A stretch of DNA of 63,653 bases, counting the filler, from Vannella sp. (taxonomy: Eukaryota): NCBI GenBank assembly GCA_023345925.1. It is 6 parts of 6 records of this genome, joined end to end, with 100 filler letters (N's around TTAATTAATTAA, not from the genome) between each part and the next. Parts side by side here need not be neighbours in the genome. Positions count along the whole stretch, not along the records: positions 11,726 to 17,145 come from JAJQQN010000928.1; positions 17,246 to 28,412 come from JAJQQN010000656.1; 4 more parts are not named here. One strand, given 5' to 3'. Both the position numbers and the translations under genes were made by a program. The notes beneath the pieces were generated by a model. That model was not told the origin of the DNA. It made no database searches and was given only the letters and a program-made list of their open reading frames with translations. Of the stretch, positions 11,756 through 25,233 are shown piece after piece; the first letter of the stretch is position 1, and every line of letters begins with the position of its first letter.

Positions 11756-14288
11756 ATGCGAGTCCTCGCGGTTTTGCTGCTTTTGGTTGGACTAGTGTTT
11801 GCAGTGCGTCATGGTGGTGTTTGGAGACGTGTAGGAGAATCCCCTGCGGAGAAGGTGGTCCCAGTGTCCGTTGCGCTGAAGATTCGGAACCAAGCTTGGC
11901 TTTCGGTACGTTGCTGGTTCTCATGAGCGAGTGTGAGGTCTCATCTTGTGGTAGAACACAGTGGAGGAGGTCAGTGATCCAATGAACCTGAAATGGCGCC
12001 ACTACGTCTCGAAGGAGAAGCTTCGGGAGATGATTGCGCCTGATTCTGCGGTTGTTCGCCACGTAGTGGATACCTTGCAGGGGCTAGGCATGAAAGAATA
12101 CGAACTCTATGAGACTGGAGACTTCTTGATGACATACTGGCCGGTCCATGCTCTGGAGGCTGCGTTTGGAGTACAAATGGAGCGTTTTGTCCATGTAACC
12201 TCCCGACAGACCATCCACCGTTCTCTAGAGCCCGCCACATTGCCAGAGAACCTTCTTCGGTTCGTGGATATCCTCGGAATGGTCTCAGAGTTCCCCGAAG
12301 GCCACTTCAAAACCCGCAATACCGCTCGCCCTGCACGCTTTGGGAGAGTTCAAGGCCCTACGGTTGACTCCGCTGCGCAGCAATGTAACGCAAAGCTAAA
12401 CTGGGGCTATCCTGCTTCTTCTGACACCGACCTCTACTCTCAGGTGCAGTTGGTCTGCTGCAATGGCCAATTCACAAAAGACCTCGCTGCGCCTTGTTCA
12501 GACGTTGGCGGTCCCGTCTTTTCAGCTTTCATCACTTCATTCTCCTCTAACAAGACTGGCGCGTTCCCACAGAAGGCAAGTTCCAATCTGGTGCCTTACA
12601 GCAGCGTCAAGAACCAGTGCTTCTTGGACGGGGACAGTATTACTTGCCCCGTTATCTTTACCGCACAACAGCAAGTAGAACCCTTCCAGACTTACAATCT
12701 CTATGGTGAGCACTTCCTCTGATGCTATCAAGTGGTTCACTAATAAGTCACTCAAGTCACTGCCAAGTATCGGGATGGATCTGAGAGTCAAAACTCGGCC
12801 TTCCCTGTAGCCATGGTGACGAGTCCCTTTGTAACCCCTCAGTCCTTCGCAGAATTCTATCAGATTCCTGCTCACTGGACAAACACGTACCCCGCCACAA
12901 ATAACTCCCAAGTAAGGCAGAATCGGAGAGACTGGGAGTTGTCGCTTGAGAGTAATTGAGGGGTTAGTCTGTTGTCGAGTTTGGGGGCCAGTTCTATGCT
13001 CCATCGGATTTGACAAGGTTTTTCGGGAACATGAGCCTCCCTGACACTCCTGTGACGGTGGTGGGACCCAATAATGCGTCTACTCCTGGAGATGAAGCTA
13101 CTCTCGACATTGAATGGATTATGGCTGTTGGTATTGATATTCCAACCACCTTTTGGTCTGTTGGAACCGGATATCTCTTGGAGTGGTGCCAGCAGCTCCT
13201 CTCTTCGTCTCAGAGTGAGCCTAATAAGTCTTATTTGTTCCACTTCTCATGTTCTGCTAGCACCCCTCGTCAACAGTGTATCTTATGGAGGCAATGAAGC
13301 CAACTCTCCAGTGGACTATCGCCGCCGAGTTGACCAAGAGTTCCAGAAGCTGGCGGCTATTGGAGTCTCCATTGTTGTTTCCAGCGGTGATGCAGGAGCC
13401 ACCAATGTAGGACATGGATCGGAGTCTTGTGAACAGCTTCTTCCTCAGTATCCCGCTGCTTCTCCATTTGTCACTTCAGTGAGCGCCACATTCTTCACTC
13501 CAGCTGAGATCCCAATGTGCTCTATCAGCTACTTTGGCAAGCCAGTACATTGCTCTGACTACCGCATCGGAGAGGTTGCTGTGAGCGCCGATATTGGCAT
13601 GGATTGGACGACTGGTGGAGGCTTCTCCAGCAGTGTGCCTCGCCCTAGCTGGCAAGATACTGCTGTCAACACTTACCTCAGCCAGCACAGCTCTCTGCTT
13701 CCCCCTTCCTCTATGTTCAACTCCAGTAACCGTGGATACCCCGATGTGTCTGCTACTGGCCATAGTACGTATTTCGCTCATTATTAGTCATTGAAAGGGT
13801 CTAACAACGGTCAGACTTGATGCTGATTCTTCGCGACGCGATGGATATTGGTGATGGAACCAGCGCTTCCTCTCCCATCTTTACTGGCATTCTTGCCCTC
13901 CTTAACCAATACCTCCTTTCTGTTGGAGAAGCTCCCATTGGATTTGCAAACCCATTGCTCTATACAGTGGCCCAGCAAATGCCAGCAGCATTCTATGGTC
14001 CGTTGCAAGCCTTCTCTTTCCTTATTCTTGGCTAACCAAAGCTTCAAGATGTGACTGTTGGAGGCAACGCATGCGGGGATGTGTTGCACCCTCCTTATGT
14101 GGCTTGCTGCGACGAAGGGTACCAAAGTGCCACTGGCTGGGACCCAGTCAGTAAGTGAGCGACTCTGCTGTTGGTTAAGTTTCTAAGTTTTCGGTTTATT
14201 AGCTGGTTTGGGAACTCCTCGGTTTGCGCCTTTGTTTGCCGCTGTCAAGCGCCTCGTGCAAGAGCAAAAAGCATCTTTGCGACAATAA
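11756..14288 (+). CDS. sedolisin/tripeptidyl-peptidase I-like S53 serine protease, multi-exon
   Basis: Signal peptide MRVLAVLLLLVGLVFA, pro-domain, EATLDIEW, SVSYG, SSGDAGA, TTGGGFS, RGYPDVSA, GTSASSP, GWDPV.GLGTP. Confidence 0.9.
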
Positions 14289-14308
14289 GCAAAGATAAAC
14301 GTGACAAG

Positions 14309-16321
14309 TTACTCCTTGCTGGTCGTCTGCTGGTTCCAAAGGCGACTGTACGGGCCTCCCTTTGCTAACAGCTGTTGGTGGTTGCCCTCTTCAAGAACCC
14401 CTCCGTTCCCTAACACGAAGATCTTGTCGGCATCCGTTATTGTTGAAAGGCGGTGGGCAATGACAACAGTTGTGCGATCCTTTGTGAGTGCGTTAAGATG
14501 TTGAGTGACTTCACGTTCAGTAGCAGAGTCCAGAGCTGAAGTAGCTTCGTCACAAAGTAGAATGGCCGGATTCTTCAACATAGCTCGCGCAATAGCTACC
14601 CGTTGCTTCTCCCCTCCAGAGAGTTTGAGCCCACGCTCTCCCACCTTCGTGTCATATCCCAAAGGCATCTTTGTGACTGAGTCATTAATCTGGGCGGCCC
14701 TTGCGACCTCCATAACGCGCTCACGGCTCGCTGAGAGGTTTCCGTAAGCGATGTTGTGGTAAAGCGTGTCATTGAAGAGGACAGTGTCTTGTGGAATGAC
14801 TCCCATCTGATTACGAATGCTGTCTAAAGTGGAGGTTTCGATGGCTTGCCCATCAATACTGATGGTTCCGCTGTTGGCATTGTAAAAGCGATAAAGGAGT
14901 CGCAAGATCGTGCTCTTGCCAGAGCCACTCTCCCCAACAAAGGCAACTTTGCTACCTCCAGGAATGGTGAATGAGAGGTTCTGGAAGATCTGACGGTCGG
15001 GGGAGTATCCAAAAGAGACATTCTCAAACCGAATCTCGCCTGTGTTGATGACAAGTGGCTTTGCACTGGGATGGTCTGCAACCTGAGCATGACTCTCCAA
15101 CAAAGAAAACATGTTCTCCATATCAGTCAAGGACAGACGCAGTTCGCGATACACACTCCCGAGGAAGTTAAGCGGAATGGACAACTGGAATAGCAAACCG
15201 TTCACTAAGACCAAGTCTCCGACTGTCAGAGTGCCTTCAACAATCTGGCCAGATGCCATGTACATCAAAGCTGTCAGTGAGGTGGAAAAGATCAGATTCT
15301 GGCCCCAGTTCAACGCTGCCAGACTGGTTTGGGTCTTAATCGCCGCCTTTTGATAGATTCGGAGGCATTCGTCGTAGCGGTCCGCTTCGAACTTCTCATT
15401 GTTAAAGTACTTGACTGTCTCATAGTTGAGGAGGCTGTCAATCACCTGAGCCCCAGCTATATTGTCAATACTGTTCATCTGCTTCCGGAACTTGGTGCGC
15501 CACTGAGTCATTCCGAGAGTGAATGCAGAGTAGGCTAGGATGGTTCCGATAGTGACAAGGGCAAAGTCTGCTCCGCACTTGTAAGTGAGCACGCCGCAGA
15601 CAAGTCCCAGCTCGATAAGCGTCGGGAACACGTTGAAAACTATCGCGTTCAGCACCCAGGTGATTCCCCGGGATCCTCTGTCAAGTGTGCGAGCTAAAGA
15701 ACCTGTTTCTCGTCCCAGGTGGTACGAGAGATCGAGGGAATGGAGGTGGAGGAAGGTCTTCTTTGAAATCTCCCGCACAGCGTCCTGCGCTACGTTGGCA
15801 AAGACAACGTTCCGTAGCTCACTGAATAGAGAGACTCCAGTACGTGCTATACCGTACGATACGATCATTCCTACTGGCAGGAGGACGATGTCGGGCTGGT
15901 TGAGGGAGTCGATGATCTCCTTAAAGGCGAAGGGCACTTGAAGGTTGAGCAGCTTAGCACCCACTAACAAGACCATTGAACCAACAACGCGAGCGCGTAG
16001 GGCTGGCTCGTTGGGAGGCCAAAGGTACTGAGAGAGGTCACGAAGGATCTTCCCTCCGCTGATTTCATCAAAGGTGGGCTTCTCTGCCAGCTTTCGGATG
16101 GTCTCTTCTGTTTGGGTGGTTGCTTTGGCTGCATTCGTGGGTTCGTTGGGGGTTTTCAGCGTCTGAGAAGCATTCGGACCAGAGGCAAACTCGCGACGAA
16201 GTCCCGGGCGGGCAGGACGAGCAGAACTGGCTTTCTTTCCATACGTCCTCTTCTCTGAGAGACTTGCAGAAGCCTCCCTTCGTACCCCTGCCACCAAGAA
16301 TGGCCGGCAACCACGAATCAT
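14309..16321 (-). CDS. ABCB7: mitochondrial ABC transporter ATM1/ABCB7
   Basis: Arg/Ser-rich presequence, [15 protein letters not shown], Walker [32 protein letters not shown]. Confidence 0.95.
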   Translation of the reverse strand: MIRGCRPFLVAGVRREASASLSEKRTYGKKASSARPARPGLRREFASGPNASQTLKTPNEPTNAAKATTQTEETIRKLAEKPTFDEISGGKILRDLSQYLWPPNEPALRARVVGSMVLLVGAKLLNLQVPFAFKEIIDSLNQPDIVLLPVGMIVSYGIARTGVSLFSELRNVVFANVAQDAVREISKKTFLHLHSLDLSYHLGRETGSLARTLDRGSRGITWVLNAIVFNVFPTLIELGLVCGVLTYKCGADFALVTIGTILAYSAFTLGMTQWRTKFRKQMNSIDNIAGAQVIDSLLNYETVKYFNNEKFEADRYDECLRIYQKAAIKTQTSLAALNWGQNLIFSTSLTALMYMASGQIVEGTLTVGDLVLVNGLLFQLSIPLNFLGSVYRELRLSLTDMENMFSLLESHAQVADHPSAKPLVINTGEIRFENVSFGYSPDRQIFQNLSFTIPGGSKVAFVGESGSGKSTILRLLYRFYNANSGTISIDGQAIETSTLDSIRNQMGVIPQDTVLFNDTLYHNIAYGNLSASRERVMEVARAAQINDSVTKMPLGYDTKVGERGLKLSGGEKQRVAIARAMLKNPAILLCDEATSALDSATEREVTQHLNALTKDRTTVVIAHRLSTITDADKIFVLGNGGVLEEGNHQQLLAKGGPYSRLWNQQTTSKE

Positions 16322-16515
16322 TGCTCAACCAACCCGAGGCCCAAAAAGTGCATTCTCGTGGAGGGCATTGTGCCCACTGAACGAAAATTGGGAATAATGT
16401 GTTATACACTGTAATAATTATGACTCCGATGTGCATATGAAAAACTTGTCCGTTTTATGCCAGGCCCACCGACCAATGAAAATCGAAGAAGAAAAAGTCT
16501 TGAAGAAAATGTCTT

Positions 16516-17136
16516 TCATTTACATTCTTTCTTCAAGTCTGGCAGGGTTAAGGCTGATAACACACGGATGGCTCTTTTGGAATGAGCAGTCTTTGCGATT
16601 CGGAGTGGATTCAGCCCCTCCTCATTTCGGACAAAGAAGGACCGAAATCCGCCATTCTGGATGAGAAGTTGGATGGCTGCTGCGTTGTCGTACTCCGAAC
16701 ACCAATGCATTGGGGAGTTCCTTTCGGTATCGAGAACGTTTGGGGAGGCTTTCTTATGAAGGAGAAGGCGAACGATGCTTTCTTTGCCTTCCTTGCAAGC
16801 CCAATGGAGAGGAGTCTCCCCGAAAGAGTTTCTGGAATCCACTCGTGCTCCTCTCTCCACCAGGAATTGGACAGTATCCACGTTTCCTCCAAGTACAGCG
16901 TAGTGAAGAGGAGAGGACTTCAAACAAGATAAGGAATTGACACTTTCAATCACCTTTTCCAACGCGCTTCTTTCGAAATGACCGGATACCGCCAGCTTGA
17001 AGATGGCAGAGTCCATCAATGCAACAGAAAATGGGTGGTTCTCACCAAAGCGGCCACAAATCGAAGATTGCGGCCACACCAGACGCAAAAATGCTTCAAA
17101 AGGTTCTAATTCAAAGAACAACTTTGTCTGTTCCAC
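16516..17136 (-). CDS. ankyrin-repeat protein (5' end may be cut by the contig edge)
   Basis: SPLHYAVLGGN, GETPLHWACKEG, NSPMHWCSEY. Confidence 0.85.
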   Translation of the reverse strand: MEQTKLFFELEPFEAFLRLVWPQSSICGRFGENHPFSVALMDSAIFKLAVSGHFERSALEKVIESVNSLSCLKSSPLHYAVLGGNVDTVQFLVERGARVDSRNSFGETPLHWACKEGKESIVRLLLHKKASPNVLDTERNSPMHWCSEYDNAAAIQLLIQNGGFRSFFVRNEEGLNPLRIAKTAHSKRAIRVLSALTLPDLKKECK

Positions 17137-17145
17137 GGAATATTG

Positions 17146-17245
17146 NNNNNNNNNNNNNNNNNNNNNNNNNNNNNNNNNNNNNNNNNNNNTTAATTAATTA
17201 ANNNNNNNNNNNNNNNNNNNNNNNNNNNNNNNNNNNNNNNNNNNN
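17146..17245. other. artificial contig linker
   Basis: N44-TTAATTAATTAA-N44. Confidence 0.98.
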
Positions 17246-17537
17246 TAACCATAGATCGGTGGCAATTTCTGTATCTAACCATGATCGGGAGAACCCGATT
17301 AGGAAATCCCGATCTGACCCGATGGTAATAAACCGTGCATCTGCAACTCCGCCCCTATCTTCACTCGCCTGCAACCTTTGCACCGATTCAGAGGTATTAC
17401 GGTTTATATACAACCCAAAAATCGCCCAATGGGAGAAGAAGCGAGCCAGATCTGCTTCTACCATATATATTCGTGATTCGAGGAGGTTTGGGTGTCGTCA
17501 AGAGGTGTATTTGGGTATCCAAAGGCAGACTGGGTCA

Positions 17538-18825
17538 TCAGAGTTCAAAGTTAATGGCGTATTCAGGAATGACGCGCAGTACGAGGACATCGTGAGGCTG
17601 TACAGTGGCAGTGAAGTATCCAGTGTAGATGCCAAGATCTTTGTGAGCCCACAGGTCCCGGAGAGAGGCTTGGACGTCGGAGAGAAGGTTTAAATCAGTC
17701 CATTCCACTGTGATAGACGCTGCCTGGGATCCTGTGTTGAAAAGAACAGCAGCCACGTTACCATCTACCAAAGGGCCAGCCCAGATGTCCGTGCTTGTGG
17801 TTGGTTGGCGGATGAGGCGACCTTGAACACCCAAAGAGTCCTGATTGATGGCAATCACCTCCGCATTGAGCAGGATCGTACGAGTGGGCTCATCCATGTC
17901 TGTCACATCGCAGCCAATGATAAGAGGAGCCTTCATCAAGCTCCACAAGCTGAAGTGGCTTCGGTACTCTGCGGTGGTCATTCCCCCGTTGCCTACTTCG
18001 AGCATATCCGGGTCATTCCAGCCCCCTGGACCTGCAGCAGCAGCAGCTAGATCATTCTGATAGAGGATGGTGAGCATACTCTCCCAGGTGTCCGAGATGT
18101 CGCCGGTTGTCCGCCAGGAGTTGCCCACAGCACGACCCCACGTGGGGACGCCCTCATAGCCCCATTCGCAGAGAGAGAAGAAGAGAGGACATCCTGTAGC
18201 GTTGAGAGCATCGCGCATTGGTGGATAACGAGTGAGCTCGTCCAAACCTTCGCTGTTGCAGTTGTCGTACTTGAGGTAGTCCACCTTCCAGCTTGCCCAC
18301 GTCTGTGCATCAATATCCTCGTAGCCTAGACTTCCAGGGTCTTGATTGGCACAGGTGCGACTCCCCGCATCAGAGTAGAGACCAAAGAGGAGACCTCTGC
18401 TGTGGATGTAGTCGATAAGGTTCTGCAGAGACTGTCCTTGGCTCGAAGGGAACTTCGTCTCATCTGGTTGAAGTCTTCCAGAGGCGTCTCGATCATACGC
18501 AGACCAGCAATCGTCCAGGTTCTTCCCAAATCAGAACCGCTCGCCCCGCGGACAGGAGGACTCACCACATAGCGGTAGCCTGCCTTAAAGAGACCCTGAG
18601 TGATGAAAGCATCAGCAGTCTGCTTGATGGTGGTGTAGTTGTAGCCGTCACAGCCAAAGTGGTTCCAAGAGTTCCACCCTAAACACCAAAGAAGGCCTTT
18701 AGTCCCTCCTCTACCAGACTGAGGGCTGCACCTCACTTACCCATCTGAGGAGTACTTCCTAGTCCGTTGTTCAAAGCCACCACCGCCAAGGAGAAGAACC
18801 CAGCGAGCACCAAAGAGAGGCGCAT
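17538..18825 (-). CDS. alpha-galactosidase (GH27), multi-exon
   Basis: Signal peptide then [55 protein letters not shown]-terminal beta-sandwich. Confidence 0.95.
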
Positions 18826-18867
18826 GCAAGGAGGTCGGGAGGAGAGGAAATGAAGCTAGAAGCCGCT

Positions 18868-21800
18868 TTATTGCTCCCCTTGGGAGCGTTTGGACCGTGG
18901 AGACTTGGCTGTTGTACTCGCGGGGCTCTTCTGAGAGGCCTTCTTCGGGGTGGAAGGCTTGGGGGACTTGGAAGGAGTCCCTTCACCCTTTCCTGCTTTC
19001 GGGCTCTTCTTAGGAGTGGAGGGCAAAGGGGACTTGGCCGTCTCTTGCTTCTTTGGAGTAGCAGGCTTGGGAGACTTCAACACGTCTTGCTTGGGCTCCT
19101 TCTTGGCAGTGGAGGGCTTTGGGGAGTCCGACTTTGCTGGTTTCTGTGACTTTTCGGCCTTTTGGGGGGTTTCTGCACTTCCTTGAGGTTTGGGAGTGGC
19201 TTTTGGCGTCTTGGGGCTCTTTAAAGGAGTCGCAGGGGCCTTTGGCGACTTCATTACCTCCAACGGGGACTCTTTTGGGGGTTTGGGACTCTTCTTGGGA
19301 GTTGCAGGAGCAGTCTCTGCGGCTCCCTTCTTCTTGGGAGTTGCAGGAGCAGTCTCTGCAGCTCCCTTCTTGTTGGGAGTTGTCGGTTCGGAGGATTTCC
19401 TCGCTTTCTTCTTGGGAGGCTCTTCCGCAGTCTCTGTGGAGGCTTTGGTGCGCTTTCCCGTCACAGGAGAAGGATTGCTGTCTCACAATAAGTACGGGAG
19501 TGAAGGGAAGAGAAGAGGAGTGTCAGTTCAGCTTACATGTGAGACAGAAGATTCCCACAGTTGGCAGCGCGGGTTTGAATCTTCTGCGAAGGCGCCTTTG
19601 TCAAGTCTTCTAAGACGGCAGCTACCCCGCTGATGTCCACAGCTGGCTTCTAGAAGAGAGTAAGTCACTTGACGGGCGTTGTATCAGATAACGCACCTCT
19701 GAAAGCCGGAGAACGCTCAGAGCGTTATGGACGGCAGTGAGGAGTACCACTTGGTTGGCAATATTGAGAGTGGGCCCTTCTTTGCCCAGAAGGGCCGTCA
19801 ATTGCTGGAGTTGAGGCCCGAGAGACTCAATGAAGCTTTTGTTGTCCTTCAGAGCTTGGCCGTGGTGCTTGTAGAAGGATTCCAGCAGTTCTGCGCCCTT
19901 GCAAATGGCAAAAGGCTTGACAGAAGCAGTCACCAGCTTCTCCAACACATCAGCACCCAGAGAAGTGAGATGGTTGCCAGAGCGGCGCACCAACTGAGTC
20001 CACAATCCCCAATCAAAGTGCTTCAGAGGGCGACTAGCGCTATCCCGGAATGTCTTGCGCAAAGCGGGAAGAATCAGAGCGGTGTAGCGATCCTCGTACA
20101 CTAACAGCTTGACCAAGAAGAACATCAATTCATGCACGACACTTATCGTCAAAGCAGACACCTTCTTCGCTCCCACACAAAGTGGAGCAATCAAGTTATA
20201 CAGAGCAAAGAGCTGTTGGGCCTGCTCTTCAGTCTCAATGGTGACGTTTGCTGTTTTGATGAGTTTGTGGTGCAGGAATGCTCGGAGCTTGTTCAGATAA
20301 CTCGTGGCAGACTTGTTTGTCTCTGCTGAGACGATGGCACGACACAGGGGTTGAAGGAAGGAGAGGATGATGGGGTGAGTGGGTTGATGGCGCACGTAGG
20401 CTTCCAGCAAGTCGATGATCTTCATCTTGTGGTCGAGTTGCATCGTCTGCTTCTCGTCCGTTTGCTTTTGTTGCTTTCGCATGACCAGGAGCATGTCCCT
20501 GAGCTTGTCATTGAACTCCCGAAGCTCTTCCATGGGGGCATCTTCAATGTAAATGTCCTCGTTGTTACCATCGTCTTCCTGAAGCTTCAAAAGCTCGCGT
20601 TCTAGTGCCTCATCAAGAGGTGCCCCTTCTCCATCACTGTCGTCGTCACTGTCATCATCACTGTCATCAAGTTCTCCATTTGCCTCAGCAGCAGCCACAG
20701 CGGCAGCAGCCTCTTCGAGAGTGAACGGAACGCCGTCATCGTCGTCACTGTCCATCTCTTCGTCTGATTCCTCTTCCTCAGACTCAACCACACTAGCAGG
20801 GTCAATCAATCCAATCAGAATCTGAATGGAACTGGCGGGGAGATTGGGAGAGAGCAAACTGAAACTGCGAGTGGCAACAGTCCTCAAGTAGGCTGACGAC
20901 CGAGTCAGGAGACTGACAATGATATCCGTCACCACATCGTAAGGATTTGGTTCGTCTCCTGCAACAGAGTCGCTTTTGCGGGACTTGGAAGAACTCTTCG
21001 AGTGCGCCTGGGCGAGGTGCTTGTAAGAGCTTTGCAAGTCCGCCATGGCTTCAAGAATGTCAGAATCGGACTCCAAATACAAAAGAATCGAGCAATTGGA
21101 CATGAGAAGACGATAAGCCACTTCGACCTTCAACTTGGTCTGTGCCGTTTCGACCTTCTTCTTGTTATCACCTGCTTTCTCCAGTTCAGTGTGGAGAGAA
21201 GCTATCTTTTTGGCGATGGCAGCCTCGCTGGATTGGAGCTGTTTGAGAGCTGTTGCAGCTTCTTCTGAGAGAGGGGAGATCTCTTGGGCTTGCTCTAGCC
21301 GGGCAAAATCCTGGTAGACTTTCAGAGCGTAGGTGGGCCACACCTCGCCACTCTTCATCTCTCCTGCACTAGCAGCGCTATTCGTCTTTCCAGAGGTGAG
21401 GGAGAGAGTGGCCAGCTCCTTCAGGAGACTTGCCAAGACTGTGCGACATTGCGACATCACTTTCTCTGATAATGCGGGGGAGGGAACCCGCAAGTCCTTC
21501 CATTGGTCAGGAGAAAGAAGTGATTTCTTCGGTGCTTGAAGTGTGGCATCAACAGGAAGCCGGAAGAATCCGTGCAACACGTAAAAATGAAGAACCATGG
21601 CCAAATAGCCCTCATCCTTCACCTTCGAAGAACGACAGACAGTCAACAACAAGTTAAGCACTCGGATGCGTTGAGAATCCACCGAAGCCTTGGCATGGTC
21701 CTCATCGATCTCCAGACCAGCCAATTTGTCTGTTTCATGGAATTGACTTATCAACAAGTCCAGATATTGCCGGATTTCGGCCAATTCGAGTTGACTGATC

Positions 21801-23422
21801 AAAGTCTCGACGACTTTCACCTTAGAAATGCCATCCATGTTGCGGCTGATCTGCAGGAGTTCCAAGATAAGCGCATATTTGGCTCGGCTGGACATCTTGT
21901 CGCTCTGTTTGACGACAGATTGGAGCTGGAGAAGGGTCAGAGACTCTTTCAGTAGACAGAGATAGAGCAAGTACCATGTGCGAGGCTGCAGGGAAAAGGA
22001 CGTTCTTGGAAGACTGAAGAGTGTTCGTGAGGCATTGGCGGAAGTGTCTGGCAAAGAGAGTGGGCAGTTGGACCTCATCGAGGTGGCAAATGACAATCTC
22101 GGTCAGGCGGAACGCCAAAAACTTCTTTTGGTGCGAGTCTGAGTGAAACAGACCGTCTGGAAGGCCAAATGGGTGAGATTACTCGCCACATTCCCGTCCT
22201 AGAAGGGCGTACCTTCGATCACAGAACTCCACAAGGTCTTGAAGAAGCCATCAGTACCACCAGATGGCGTCACAGGCTTGCTGGTGGCCGAAGCAGGGGG
22301 AGACAAGCTCGTCAGGTCCGCCGTAGGAAAGCAGAAGCCCACCAACAGCTTCCAAACAATGTGTGGCTCAGGATGGGTGTGGAAAGAGTTAACTAACGCG
22401 TGAGCGTACTTTGGAAGCGTCTTGGCCTTGTACAAACTCCCTTCCGCATGCTTCCACTAAAGAAAAAGTGATCAGAGTCGATCAGAAGAGCCGAAGCTAC
22501 CACTACTAACCTGGAAGGTGTTCTCTAGTAGCAGGGCAAAGTATAGCTGCGAGGCAGAGTACTCCTCAAGCGAAGGGGGAAGGAGAGAAGTTTGAACCGC
22601 AGCAAGGACTTGTTCAACAGTCTCCTGGCCCAGTTGAAGGAAGATCTCTCCCATAGTATAGTAACATAATTGTTCGTACTGCTCCTTGCGTGTGCTGAGG
22701 TCCTGGAGATTGCTGACAGCCCAATCCAAGGGATTGGTGTACCGTTCTTCGTCCCCTTCCTCCATGTCCTCGTCTTCACTCGCATCGACTTCCTCACCAC
22801 TTTCTTCATCACTCCCACTATCCTTTGTTGCTTCTACATCCTCCTCCTCGTCCTTCTCCTCCTCGCTTGAATCCGCCATTTCCACGTCCTTCTCGCCTTG
22901 TTCCGGGGCGAAGCGGTTCGCACGGGCGAGTACAAGGATAGAGAAGACTCTTCCGTAGTGTTGATCGCGTTCCTCCTGCGGAAGAGAGAGATCAGAGCTG
23001 ATCACGAGGAAACTCCTCGAACGTACCTTTCCTTTTGCTGGAGTCTCATGAGGAAGGATCTTCATCACCTTCTTGATGTAATCGTCTGTGGAGACACCTG
23101 GGAAGGTCCGGAGAAGCTACTCCCAACGATCAGTCCCCAAACAAAGCGTTTCATTTGCTCCCTCCGAGAAGGAGAGACTCCCTACCTGTGTCAAAGCAGT
23201 AGAGAACCCTTGCCTCGCACCATCACGTGAAGAACTCAGCCCTCGAATGAGCCGTGTGAGAGCGTAAGCGAGTTGCTTCTTCTCCTCGACGTTTGCTTTC
23301 TCCTCCGCCACGAGGATGTGGATCAGCTGCGCAGCAGCCTTCTCCCTCACTTGCTCCTTCACCGAAGCCAAGTCCCAAAAGCACTGGCGGAACTTCTCGT
23401 CGAACTGCAGCACGGGAGCCAT
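18868..23422 (-). CDS. MYBBP1A: MYB-binding protein 1A / Pol5 (DNA polymerase phi family) nucleolar protein, multi-exon, with Lys/Pro-rich tail
   Basis: N-terminal FWDLAS...YALTRLIRGLSSSRDGARQGFSTAL, acidic tracts, KMKIIDLLEAY; short introns link it to the SPK/TPK-rich ORF 18868-19464. Confidence 0.85.
19291..19380. repeat. 39-bp coding tandem repeat (KKGAAETAPATP)
   Basis: cttcttgggagttgcaggagcagtctctgc at 19291 and 19330. Confidence 0.85.
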
Positions 23423-23524
23423 GTTGAGGCAGACGGGGGCGAAAAGAACTGATTGTAGTGGAGCTGGGCGGGCGGGGTGTGGATGTAGGGAGGCATAGGA
23501 GGTGTAGGAAGGTCATTGGGTCCT

Positions 23525-25188
23525 ATGCCGACGGTGGTGGGGCTGGTGGCGGTCGCCAAGATGAGTTTGTCTGCGCCGCAGCTTCTTTATCGGTATCCTC
23601 CCATCATCCGGTCTCGAGTCACACGGGAGACGCTTGTATCACATAGCCACTTGAGGGCTAGTAATGCGGGAGTGGGCTTGGGTGAGGTAAGGGAGATAGC
23701 AAGCGAGAGGAAGACTTTGACTCGTTGTAGGGCGAGGAATCACGCGATCGGGAGCCGTATCATCTGCCAGGTACTTTACTGGCATCTATGTTGTTCCCTT
23801 CTATGGTGGAGGGGAAGAGCTGTGTGCTGGAGTTCGAGATTGACGACACTTTGTTCATCAGCCACGCCATTACTGTTCCTGTGCCAGATCCTGAGTCAGA
23901 TGAGGATCTGAACGAGTCAGAAGACTTGTTTTCTTTCTCTTTGTCAGGTTCTCCCTCCCCAAAGCCCGTGCAATCACACAGAAGGAGCTCCGATGACCCT
24001 AACACGGACCGCCTTGTCTCCCTGTCGATCTCTTTGGTGCTCAAGGCGGGTGTGAACCGTCAAGTAGTCTCTGATCTCCGTGAAATGGTGAAGCAGCTAG
24101 CTGCAGCCCTCTCTCACGCGGAGACAGTTGATGGTTACCTGTCCCAGCAGACAAAGAAGATCTTCCGCGTGCGTGACCGCTGGATCAAGAAGCAGCTGGA
24201 CTCTCACTACGACAAGTTCACTCAAGCACCCGTCAAAGGACCAATGCGCCCTCCCGACCACTCTCAGTTGAATGAGGACTTGCTTCACGTTTCCACATTT
24301 GCAGGCGAGTTGAGGGTGCTTTACCACTCCATAGTAGCTTCCTCAACCGTTGATATGTCTTTCAATGGCTGGGTTCACTTCTCATTCGTTGTACGCCAGT
24401 CTGAACCATATTTCCCAAGTGTACTTCCCTCTTTTCGTCCTTATCACGCCCTTCTTCTTCTTCCAGCCACCTCACATACCAAAGGTAGGTGGAATATAGC
24501 GCTAGAGTGTGTGTTCATCTCTCCAACAGACTTGGCTTTGCCTGCAGATGCTTCAGTGGACATTCGAAGGCTCCTCCAACTGGCCCATCCGACTCGTTCG
24601 CTAGAGGAGCTGCAAGTTGAGCTTAATATTCCACTTGGGCACTTGTATCGCCTTTCAGCACAGCTTGTCCATTGGAGACGAGCGAGAATCATCCATCGAG
24701 TATCGCTGGAAAGTGTATTTCGATGTGATTCGACCGTCATTCACCCATCCTCCCTTCAAGAGTTCAGCGCTCTCTTTCCCTCTCTTCTTTTAGGGGACTG
24801 TATGCAACTGTTTGTCACCCCCACAAAGCTCAGTGATGTCCTAGAACAGTTCAAACAGATGCAATTGCTGCAAGTCATCATTTGGATGTTGCAATGGGAC
24901 TTGCTAGTGGAGATCCACCAGTATCTCTACTTCATTCCTCAGCTTTCTCATACACCTGAACAATGCCAAGTCATCATTGAGGGCCTGAATGATGGCCCTT
25001 CGAAGGCCTATCTCCTTTTGCTCCGAATCTTACCGCATTGCACGGGCAAGTGCACTATCCGCGAGATACTCTGGAGAGAAAACATATCTTACGAGTCTCT
25101 GGAAGCTGTTTTACAGAAGTTCTCGTCGATTCTGCTCCGCACTTCTCACGAACTCACTCCCGAGCCAGATTCGTTCTGTTTGAGGTAA
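23525..25188 (+). CDS. NPRL3: GATOR1 subunit NPRL3/NPR3-like
   Basis: Longin-like start with LLYRYPP; PYHALLLL; LEELQVELNIPLGHLYRLSAQLVHWRRARII; IIWMLQWDLLVEIHQYLY. Confidence 0.8.
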
Positions 25189-25233
25189 AACACGATTTGT
25201 TGCTGCTACTAGAACACATCTACGCTGCTTTGA

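Noticed and set aside
18868..19464. Stand-alone histone H1-like protein
   Set aside because: No ATG start; short introns connect it to the MYBBP1A exons, so it is best read as that protein's basic tail
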